A stretch of 24,419 bases of DNA from assembly GCA_031288765.1 (NCBI GenBank), contig JAITQV010000483.1, forward strand, positions 1 to 24,419. Reading direction: 5' to 3'. Below are positions 16,582 to 24,419 of this stretch, piece after piece. A program made the translations under genes and the position numbers. The first letter of the stretch is position 1; every line of letters begins with the position of its first letter. The DNA comes from Planctomycetaceae bacterium (GTDB lineage Bacteria; Planctomycetota; Planctomycetia; Pirellulales; Thermoguttaceae). The notes beneath the pieces were generated by a model that saw nothing but the letters and a program-made list of their open reading frames with translations, ran no database searches and had not been told where the DNA came from.

Positions 16582-16976
16582 GAACATTTGCCGACCTGCA
16601 TCGCAAAACAGATAAAAGTGTTAGCGAGTTTACCGGAGGTTTCGGCGAGTTTACCGGAGGTTTCGGCGAGTTCGCCGGAGGTCTTGGCGAGTTCGCCGGA
16701 GGTCTTGGCGAGTTCGCCGGAGGTCTTGGCGAGTTCGCCGGAGGTCTCGGCGAGTTCGCCGGAGGTCTCGGCGAGTTCGCCGGAGGTCTTGGCGAGTTCG
16801 CCGGAGGTCTCGGCGAGTTCGCCGGAGGTCTTGGCGAGTTCGCCGGAGGTCTTGGCAAGTTCGCCGGAGGTCTCGGCAAGTTCGCCGGAGGTCTCGGCGA
16901 GTTCGCCGGAGGAAATTGGTAGATACCAAAAAAGAATTGGTACCTACCGGAAAGCAATTACTGTGTACCCCAAAGC
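16582..16976. repeat. 21-bp tandem array B; core 16624-16912 (about 14 units of GCGAGTTCGCCGGAGGTCTYG) with degenerate in-register flanks
   Basis: Units read in register from 16624; AATT...TACC...AAAG recurs at 16914, 16935 and 16956; TTTGCCG at 16587 is in register with TTCGCCG. Confidence 0.95.
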
Positions 16977-17066
16977 GGTAATTTTTCTCAAATTGAGATT
17001 AAAAAAACATTCCGCTGAATAATTACCCAATAATTTCAGAGGGTTTAGAGATTGACGATTCTCCGT

Positions 17067-17094
17067 TATTAACTACTCCCTGCTAACTATTCAC
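17067..17094 (+). repeat. Degenerate heptamer run
   Basis: TATTAAC TACTCCC TGCTAAC TATTCAC. Confidence 0.45.
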
Positions 17095-17105
17095 TAAAAA
17101 TAGAG

Positions 17106-19160
17106 TTAGGTTCGTAATTGGAATTGCGCGACCAACTGCTGCAACCGGCTTGCCATATCACTCATCTCATTGGCAGCACTCGCCGATTCTTCGGCAGCCG
17201 CCGTGTTTTGCTGTGTTACCGCATCAATTTGCTGAAGACCAATCGTTACCTGCGTAACTCCCTGAGCCTGTTCATTACTCGCTTCGGCAATCCCCGAAAC
17301 CAAACCGGTTGTTTGCCGAATCTGCTCAACTATCGTATTAAGAACTTCCGCTGTGTGTGTTGCCACTTCACCGCCCTTGTGAATTTCATTGCCGCTGGTT
17401 GAAATCAAATCGGTTGTTTCTCTTGCGGCTTTAGCACTTCGAGCGGCAAGATTTCGGACTTCCTCCGCCACAACCGCAAACCCCTTGCCGTGAACACCCG
17501 CCCGCGCCGCCTCCACCGCCGCATTCAACGCCAACAAATTCGTCTGGAACGCAATATCGTCAATCACTTTAACCACCCGCTGAATCTCATTCGAATTTTT
17601 AGTAATCCGGTTCATTGCCTCATTCATTTCTTTCATTGCGTTTTGACCGTCCGCTGCGGCGTGAGTTGCTTTTTGAGCGAGGTCGCGAGCCTCCGAAGCA
17701 CTTTGGGCGTTTGCTTTTGTTTGGCTGCTGATTTCACTCATGGACGCCGTGATTTCCTCAAGACTGGCTGCGGATTCCTGCGCCCCGCTGGACAAAGTCT
17801 GCGCGGCAGACGAAACCTCTCCGGCTCCGGTCGTTACCTGCTTAACACTTTCATCGATTTGCAGAAGAGTGCTGTTGACCTGACTCAACATCTTGGCAAG
17901 ATTCAAATTCATCGAATCCAGCTCGCTCTTTTCCTTAACATCAACCCGCCAATTCCCGTCCGCCAATGCAGTTGCCATTGTGTCAATCGTTTTGTAATCA
18001 TTCAGCACCGAATTTCCTACATGCGCCATTCCGCCGATTTCGTCTTGCCGGTTTAGCAATTCATGCGGAATTTCCACATTCAAATCGCCTTCCAAAACAA
18101 CTTTTTTAAGTGTTTCCATTACTTTTGAAAGTCCGGTTGTAATATTCCGGCTCAGAACAAAACTGAAAACAAGACCAAGAACAAACGCAAAAAACGACGT
18201 AACCGGAATAACCGCCAACATAAACCGGCATGTACTTACCGAATCACTCTGAATTTGCTCAACCTGTTTGGTCAGGCGTGTGGTGATGTCGTTTCTGAAT
18301 GTTTCCATATCGGTGATTTTTTTTGCTTGTTCGGCATCAATATCACTTTGTTCTTTAAGATAATTAACATTGTTTGCGAAAATTGTTTCCCACTCTTTAA
18401 GCACCGTATCAATTTCTGCGGCGGCGGTTTTACCGGCGTCGGTGGTTAATTCGGATTTGACGATTTTCAGTTCGGCACGCAAGTCCGCCAAATTCTTGTT
18501 AATATTTTCCGTAATAGCGGTTTTGTTTTTGGGGTCTATTTCCGAAAGATATTGATAAAAGAAACGGCGAAGTCTTGCGAAGGTGGTGGAGGAATGATTG
18601 ATTTGTTTTAATTGGATGGATCGTTTTTCGGAAAAATAAAGATGTTGATCGATTTCTTTTGCTTCTTCGGGCGTTTTCATGGCGTTTTCAATCAGATCGG
18701 AGAGTGCGGTCAAATTTTGGCTGATGGAGTTGGCATGTTCTTTTAAAATGTCAACTTCTTTCACGCGATTATCTTCAACCACATACCAACGTTCGTCCAG
18801 ATCGGCAAATCCTTTGTAAGCGGTTACGAGGTTATCGAGAATTTCCTGTTCTTCGTTTTGGAGGAGCGGTTTTGTTTCTTTGGCGATATCCTGAAGTTTT
18901 TGATCATATTCTTTTCGGTTTTCGGAATATTTTCTATCGCGATAGATGATGCCGTTAAGAGCGGCAATCTGTGCATGGAACATCGTATTGCGAATTTCGA
19001 CGATTCGCTGTTGGATGTTTTCCATGTTAATGACATTGTGGGTGGCGTCGGCGCTGCGGGACAATCCCCAGTAACCGCAAAATGCAACCAACAGCAACAA
19101 CAATAAAACAAACAAAAATCCTGCAAACAGTTTTTTTTCTATTTTGAATTTGTTCAACAT
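17106..19160 (-). CDS. Methyl-accepting chemotaxis protein
   Basis: TM1, helical periplasmic sensor, TM2, HAMP region, signalling hairpin [37 protein letters not shown]; GGAG SD upstream. Confidence 0.96.
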   Translation of the reverse strand: MLNKFKIEKKLFAGFLFVLLLLLLVAFCGYWGLSRSADATHNVINMENIQQRIVEIRNTMFHAQIAALNGIIYRDRKYSENRKEYDQKLQDIAKETKPLLQNEEQEILDNLVTAYKGFADLDERWYVVEDNRVKEVDILKEHANSISQNLTALSDLIENAMKTPEEAKEIDQHLYFSEKRSIQLKQINHSSTTFARLRRFFYQYLSEIDPKNKTAITENINKNLADLRAELKIVKSELTTDAGKTAAAEIDTVLKEWETIFANNVNYLKEQSDIDAEQAKKITDMETFRNDITTRLTKQVEQIQSDSVSTCRFMLAVIPVTSFFAFVLGLVFSFVLSRNITTGLSKVMETLKKVVLEGDLNVEIPHELLNRQDEIGGMAHVGNSVLNDYKTIDTMATALADGNWRVDVKEKSELDSMNLNLAKMLSQVNSTLLQIDESVKQVTTGAGEVSSAAQTLSSGAQESAASLEEITASMSEISSQTKANAQSASEARDLAQKATHAAADGQNAMKEMNEAMNRITKNSNEIQRVVKVIDDIAFQTNLLALNAAVEAARAGVHGKGFAVVAEEVRNLAARSAKAARETTDLISTSGNEIHKGGEVATHTAEVLNTIVEQIRQTTGLVSGIAEASNEQAQGVTQVTIGLQQIDAVTQQNTAAAEESASAANEMSDMASRLQQLVAQFQLRT

Positions 19161-19465
19161 AATTCTACTCCGTGTTTTTTATGGGGGAAAACGACAGTAA
19201 TGATTTTAGTGTAATGTTTCCGGTGTAATGGTTCTAAGGATTTTCAAAAACAGTAATACGGTAATAATACGGTAATAATACTGTCCGAATTTTGATTTTC
19301 CTTTCAATTGGAGATTAGTATAATTTATTTTAATCCCAATTACCAGAATGGTAAGGTTAAAAATTAAAAAAATTTTTCCGAAGATTACCGGTTATACGTA
19401 TTTTTTTAATGATTGGTTGGATTATTTGGTTTTGGAGTATTTTTTATGTCCTGATGAAGCCAACG

Positions 19466-19525
19466 CGGTGGCGGGTGAAAATCCTTCGGCGAGCGGTTGC
19501 CAATCTGATGATTAACAATTCACAA
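19466..19525 (-). repeat. Degenerate REP-like copy
   Basis: CGGGTGAAAATCCTTCGGCGAGCGGTTGCC, then TGATTAACAATTCACA, which matches the minus-strand flank TGATTAACAATCCACA of the 21641 copy. Confidence 0.75.
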
Positions 19526-19744
19526 TATTGTCTAAGTCTTGATTTTCAACCGTAAACAAGGTATAAGTAAATGAAACAATTTGGTTGGATTTGTGTTATC
19601 ATGTTGGGAATGATATTGGTCGATTTTATTTTTATTCCTGCGAATTTCGCGGACGAAACTCGCGGACGAAATAATCAGACAAAACAATCGGGCGAAATAA
19701 TCGGTTGAATCATTGCCGAAAATTTATTGGTTGCGGAACATTTT

Positions 19745-21181
19745 ATGCAGAAGTTTTATATTGAGACGGTGGGATGTCAGATGAATGTTTTGGACAGCGA
19801 ATTGGTTTACTCCGGTTTGGTTCAATCCGGTTTGGTTCCGGCAACAGACCGCCGCAATGCCGACATCATTCTGTTCAACACGTGCAGCATACGGCAACAC
19901 GCCGAAGATAAAATCTACAGCGCATTGGGAAGATTAAAACATTGGAAAGTATTGAAACCTTATGGGGTTCTCGGCGTGATTGGCTGCATGGCTCAGAAAG
20001 ATCAGAACATCATTTTTCAACGTGCGCCTCATGTTGATCTTGTTGTGGGTCCCGGTCAATTGGAACTGCTTCCCGAAACGGTTCACCAGCTTCTTGACGA
20101 AAAGTTACAGCGAACCTCCGAACCAAACCTTGTTGGTCGGGGAGAGGAATCCGGCAAAAAACTTTTGGTCAGTCTGAAACGCCGTGAACACCGTCATGCT
20201 GAAGTTGCGGGCAGTTTCCGTCTTTTCGATCCGGTTCGGAACCCCGAAGCACGGCTCAACCGTTTTCAGGCGATGGTTCGTATCATGTTCGGTTGTGATA
20301 AATTCTGCACGTACTGTATTGTTCCGTCGGTTCGGGGACCGGAGCAAAGCCGTCCGCCGCAGGAAATTCTTGACGAGGTACGGAGATTGGTTGGTCAGGG
20401 GGTGGTGGAGATCACATTGATTGGTCAGGCGGTTAATTCGTACTGTTATAAAGCGGGCGGAAAAACGGTATTGCTTTCGGATATTCTTTATTTGGTTTCG
20501 GCGGTTGAGGGGTTACGGCGGCTCTGTTTTGTGACGAATTATCCTCGCGGAATGGGGGAGGATTTACTTTGGGCGGTGCGGGATTTGCCGAAGGTTGCGG
20601 GGCATCTTCATGTTCCGGCTCAAAGCGGTTCGGACGGGGTGCTTGGGCGGATGAAAAGGAACTACTCCGCAACCGAATACCGCGAACTCGTAAACCGTAT
20701 CTATTCAACCATTCCCAACGCCTCTATAACCAGCGATTTTATTGTCGGGTTTTGCGGGGAGACGGACGGCGAGTTTTTGCAGACGGTTGAATTGGTGGAA
20801 GGCAGCCGGTTCAGGAACAGTTTTATTTTCAAATACAGTGAGCGACCCGGTACAAAATCGGCGGAACTTTATTCCGATGATGTTCCCGAGCCGGTTAAGA
20901 AGATGCGGAATCGTGTATTGCTGGCTATTCAGGACAAAATTTCGCTTGAGCAGAACCGGCAATTTATTGGTAAAACGGCGGAGATTCTTGTGGAGGGGAT
21001 AAGCAGGCAATTTGAAAACGGCGGGGTTCAGCTTTCCGGTCGTACTTCGTGTGGTCGGATAGTTGTTTTTGATGCGCCGGACGACCGCCTCACCGGTCAA
21101 TTCCTGAAATTGAATATTTATGATGCGGCTCCGTTTACGTTGTTTGGACGGCAACCCGAACCGGTTTTTCACGGGAAATAA
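19745..21181 (+). CDS. miaB: tRNA (N6-isopentenyl-A37) methylthiotransferase
   Basis: ETVGCQMN, NTCSIRQHAE, GCMAQ, radical-SAM CDKFCTYC, HLHVPAQSGSD, DFIVGFCGET, C-terminal TRAM domain. ATG at 19745 preferred over TTG at 19727. Confidence 0.96.
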   Translation: MQKFYIETVGCQMNVLDSELVYSGLVQSGLVPATDRRNADIILFNTCSIRQHAEDKIYSALGRLKHWKVLKPYGVLGVIGCMAQKDQNIIFQRAPHVDLVVGPGQLELLPETVHQLLDEKLQRTSEPNLVGRGEESGKKLLVSLKRREHRHAEVAGSFRLFDPVRNPEARLNRFQAMVRIMFGCDKFCTYCIVPSVRGPEQSRPPQEILDEVRRLVGQGVVEITLIGQAVNSYCYKAGGKTVLLSDILYLVSAVEGLRRLCFVTNYPRGMGEDLLWAVRDLPKVAGHLHVPAQSGSDGVLGRMKRNYSATEYRELVNRIYSTIPNASITSDFIVGFCGETDGEFLQTVELVEGSRFRNSFIFKYSERPGTKSAELYSDDVPEPVKKMRNRVLLAIQDKISLEQNRQFIGKTAEILVEGISRQFENGGVQLSGRTSCGRIVVFDAPDDRLTGQFLKLNIYDAAPFTLFGRQPEPVFHGK

Positions 21182-21289
21182 ACGCAAAAAAGTCAAAACC
21201 CGTCAATTAACCGCCCGAAAAGCGGTTGTCTGCCTTTTCCTTACAAAACCGCAGAAAACCAACCATGAAACCCCAAAAATATCAAAAAA

Positions 21290-21490
21290 TGTCATACGAC
21301 AATTATCAATTGTCACACGACAATCGCCGGTTGTCATACGACAATCGCCGGTTGCCAAACGACAATCGCCGGTTGCCAAACGACAATTGCCGGTTGTCAT
21401 ACGACAATTGCCGGTTGTCGCACGACAATTGCCGGTTGTCATACGACAATTGCCGATTGTCACACGACAATTACCGGTTGTCGCACGACA
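21290..21490. repeat. 21-bp tandem array C, about 9.5 units, consensus TGTCATACGACAATTGCCGGT
   Basis: Units read in register from 21290; each junction forms GACAA-TTGCCGG-TTGTC. Confidence 0.95.
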
Positions 21491-21573
21491 TTTTTTGCAT
21501 TTTGCACGTTTGAATGCTTCAAAAAGATACAAATTCGACCAAAATTGCCGCAAAATAAAACAATCATTGGAAT

Positions 21574-21612
21574 AAATAGTTGATAATTGAGAGTGGATAG
21601 TTCGCATGCGGA
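21574..21612 (-). repeat. TCCGCATGCGA-(heptamer)n module
   Basis: Minus strand: TCCGCATGCGA ACTATCC ACTCTCA ATTATCA ACTATTT. Confidence 0.75.
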
Positions 21613-21640
21613 TTGCCGACCATGTGGATTGTTAATCAAG

Positions 21641-21757
21641 AGGTAGGCAATCGTTCGCCGAACGATTGCGTCGACATCAGCCGACAATGAATTTATGTCA
21701 TTTGGTTATTTTGGTTGCCTATCGGCAAGCAACCGCTACGGCGAGCGGTTGCCCTAC
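21641..21757. repeat. Two REP-like copies (21641-21685, 21713-21757)
   Basis: GTAG + perfect hairpin GCAATCGTTC-GCC-GAACGATTGC; the second copy shares TTGCCTATCGGCAAGC(G/A)ACCG with 6792. Confidence 0.85.
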
Positions 21758-22060
21758 GCTACTGTATTGACTAAAAGGCTTTCAGCCCTATTTTCAAGAC
21801 AGATGACTGACTGGATACAACTATTTTTTTAACTGCGAAACCCGTGAAACAAAACAAAGGACTGAATAATAGACGCAATAACGTTTCTTTTCTTGTACCG
21901 TGTCTTTTTTCGATTTTATAATAAGGAATTTCTAAAAATTTTGTTTTTTACAAGTCCGGCACTGAAAAAATGAATGTCCGTAAATTTTTTTCGGATTGGC
22001 GGATTAAAGATTCCGTTTTTAGGAATTTCAAAGAGTCATTTAGAAAATAAAGTCAAATAA

Positions 22061-24253
22061 ATGTTTCCTTTACAAACAAGCCCGAAAAGAAAAAGAGTAA
22101 ACCCTTACAGCTTACCCTTTTTTTTCCACAAGATGCCCTTAGAACAGTCAAATATGATTGATCCTCCTCCAGTAATGCGGTTTACACATCCGCTTCCGTA
22201 CGGCGCCATTCTGCATGATAACGGTGTTCAATTTGTTGTTGTCAGCCGGTTGGCAAAAGCGATGAAACTTCTTTTATATGAAAAAGTTACGGATACGGAA
22301 CCGTCCGATGTTATTCAGTTTAACCGCGAGGAAAACCGTTGGGGGCATGTTTGGTCTTTGTTTGTCAAAGGCTTGCAAGCCAAACAACTTTACCATTTTC
22401 AGGCGGAAGGTCCGTTTGAACCGGAAAAAGGTCTCCGGTTTGATGGACGCGCCCGTTTGATCGATCCTTACACCAAAGCCTTGGCGGGAACATTTTTACC
22501 GTCCGCCGACGGAATAATCCGTCCGCCGAAATGTGTTGTTATCGACGATGACGATTTTGATTGGCGAGGTGACCGGCATATCCGGCAAGACCTGTCAAAG
22601 TCAATTATTTATGAACTCCATGTCCGCGGTTTTACGCAATCGCCGTCCGGTGAAACAAACCACCCCGGAACTTATCTTGGTTTGATTGAAAAGATTCCTT
22701 ATTTGCAGGATTTGGGAATTACGGCGGTGGAGTTGATGCCGATTCATGAGTTTCCGATCTTGGGAAGCAACGGTCTGGAACCGAAAATCAAAAATTATTG
22801 GGGTTACGACACGATGGCGTTTTTTGCGCCGCACCGCGGTTACGCATACGGCAGGGAACCCGGCGCACAAGTCCGTGAATTTAAGGAAATGGTTCGCTCA
22901 TTTCATCAGGCGGGAATCGAAGTCATTCTCGATGTCGTGTTCAATCATACCTGCGAAGGCAACGAATTTGGACCGACACTCAGTTTCAAAGGACTTGACA
23001 ATCAGATTTATTACATGCTTGACCGCGGGCAGTATTACAAAAATTACAGCGGCTGCGGGAACACGGTGAACGGTAATCATCCGATTGTCCGTGAAATGAT
23101 TTTCAATTGTCTCCGGCATTGGGTACACAATTATCATATTGACGGTTTCCGTTTCGATTTGGCGTCCATTTTAAGCCGCGACCAATCCGGCAATCTTCAA
23201 GCGAATCCGCCGTTAATCGAACAAATTTCGGAAGACCCGCTGCTCGCCGATACGAAAATTATTGCGGAGGCGTGGGATGCTGCCGGAGCGTATCAGGTGG
23301 GGTCGTTTGGGGCTTACGGACTCGGCTCGCAACGCTGGGCGGAATGGAACGGTAAATACCGCGACGATATCCGGCGTTTTTGGCGCGGCGATCAGAATAT
23401 GACGGGGGCGTTGGCGACACGTCTTTCCGGATCAAGCGATTTGTATTCCCACAGCGGGCGGCATCCGCAAAACAGCATCAATTTCGTAACCGCCCACGAC
23501 GGCTTTACAATGAACGATCTTGTTTCGTATAATTACAAACACAACGAAGAAAACGGCGAACAAAACCGCGACGGGGAAAATCATAATTGCAGCTGTAATT
23601 ACGGAGTGGAAGGACCGACAACAAACCGTGAAATTGAAACGGTACGGAACCGCCAGATTAAAAATATGATGGCAACACTTCTTTTGAGTCAGGGAGTTCC
23701 GATGCTTTCCGCCGGAGACGAAGTCCGCAGAACTCAACGCGGTAACAATAACGCATATTGTCAGGACAATGCGATTTCGTGGTTTGATTGGCGGCTTCTC
23801 AAACGGCACGGCGATATTCGGCGTTTTGTCAGTGAGCTGATACGGTTTCGCAAAAAGGAAGTTGCGGTACGGCAGCCCTATTTTATGACCGGTCAGCCGC
23901 GAACTCCCGGCGGATTACCGGATATAAGCTGGTATGGTGCGCTTGGCGGTGCGGTGCCTTGGAATAACAGTCTTGACCGGAGTTTAACCTGCCTGATTGC
24001 CGCTGTGCCGCCGACAACAGAACACGAAGGTTCGCTGTATCATCTTTTAATAATGTTTCACGGCGGCTGGGAACAGCGTGATTTTTGTTTTCCGGCGGTG
24101 TGTCAAAATTTTTCGTGGCGGCTTTTTCTTGATACTTCATCTGCAGCGCCCAACGATATTTTTCCCGAAGGAACAGGTCCAAAACCAAATCTCAATTCCG
24201 CATTAAAATTTATTCCCCATTCCATGCGGGTTTTCCTCGCGGAAACACAATAA
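22061..24253 (+). CDS. glgX: Glycogen debranching enzyme / isoamylase (GH13)
   Basis: IYELHVRGFT, NYWGY, DVVFNH, GFRFDLAS (nucleophile Asp), IIAEAWD (acid/base Glu), FVTAHDGFT, RTQRGNNNAYCQDN. Real start more likely at 22133 or 22154. Confidence 0.96.
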   Translation: MFPLQTSPKRKRVNPYSLPFFFHKMPLEQSNMIDPPPVMRFTHPLPYGAILHDNGVQFVVVSRLAKAMKLLLYEKVTDTEPSDVIQFNREENRWGHVWSLFVKGLQAKQLYHFQAEGPFEPEKGLRFDGRARLIDPYTKALAGTFLPSADGIIRPPKCVVIDDDDFDWRGDRHIRQDLSKSIIYELHVRGFTQSPSGETNHPGTYLGLIEKIPYLQDLGITAVELMPIHEFPILGSNGLEPKIKNYWGYDTMAFFAPHRGYAYGREPGAQVREFKEMVRSFHQAGIEVILDVVFNHTCEGNEFGPTLSFKGLDNQIYYMLDRGQYYKNYSGCGNTVNGNHPIVREMIFNCLRHWVHNYHIDGFRFDLASILSRDQSGNLQANPPLIEQISEDPLLADTKIIAEAWDAAGAYQVGSFGAYGLGSQRWAEWNGKYRDDIRRFWRGDQNMTGALATRLSGSSDLYSHSGRHPQNSINFVTAHDGFTMNDLVSYNYKHNEENGEQNRDGENHNCSCNYGVEGPTTNREIETVRNRQIKNMMATLLLSQGVPMLSAGDEVRRTQRGNNNAYCQDNAISWFDWRLLKRHGDIRRFVSELIRFRKKEVAVRQPYFMTGQPRTPGGLPDISWYGALGGAVPWNNSLDRSLTCLIAAVPPTTEHEGSLYHLLIMFHGGWEQRDFCFPAVCQNFSWRLFLDTSSAAPNDIFPEGTGPKPNLNSALKFIPHSMRVFLAETQ

Positions 24254-24419
24254 GAATTGTAAAAAAACGTTATAAAATATTACTGCAAAATAACGCCGCT
24301 GATTATTGCTGCGGTTATTGACGCCGACACCATTTATTACCGGAATCTTATTTATCAATTGTGAAGATTTCCGTACTTTTACAAACCGGAATCCGGTTAT
24401 TTTGAGATTATGCCGACTG

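Noticed and set aside
16547-16957. Minus-strand PPANSPR and LRRTRRD ORFs in array B
   Set aside because: By-products of a stop-free unit. Only the plus-strand heptad frame has any support, and it is kept as a hypothesis.
20705-21196. 163-aa minus-strand ORF
   Set aside because: Antisense to miaB; no motifs.
6928-21490. CRISPR or guide-RNA arrays
   Set aside because: Variable segments are only 1-5 nt and recur, no unique 25-45 nt spacers, and no cas or other effector gene in the window.
21120-21607. ORFs across array C
   Set aside because: Open on both strands for the same reason; unit variation is mostly non-synonymous in every frame; one overlaps the miaB end.
24254-24419. Intrinsic terminator after glgX
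   Set aside because: Candidate stems are weak (bulged AATAAC..GCGGTTATT) or have a 1-nt loop (AACCGGA-A-TCCGGTT), and there is no convincing U-tract.

Overview
Bacterial chromosomal window, probably an anaerobic Planctomycetota lineage (inference from the gene mix; taxon not verifiable from sequence alone). It holds 17 protein genes, mostly housekeeping or metabolic: FGE-fold protein, DUF1080, WD40, site-2 protease, a deoxyhypusine-synthase-fold unknown, phosphohexomutase, rsmD, queF, GNAT, mvhD, HEAT-repeat protein, fba, zincin, MCP, miaB, glgX, and an Rpn/PD-(D/E)XK-like nuclease gene cut by the left edge and missing from the ORF track. No rRNA, tRNA, CRISPR array or transposase was seen. 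The unusual content is non-coding. (1) Three 21-bp-period tandem arrays, unrelated to each other in sequence, each with internal dyad symmetry. (2) A modular GTAG-tagged REP-like family, about 9 copies. (3) A 232-bp nested palindrome with compensatory stem changes, plus two partial copies. (4) A TCCGCWTGCGW-(heptamer)n module. (5) 9-bp-periodic inverted-repeat pairs. (6) Short tandem duplications in most intergenic gaps. Separately, third-codon-position G/T versus A/C usage flips in blocks of about 70-300 bp inside single genes. All counts are by hand from the sequence; no database searches were run.
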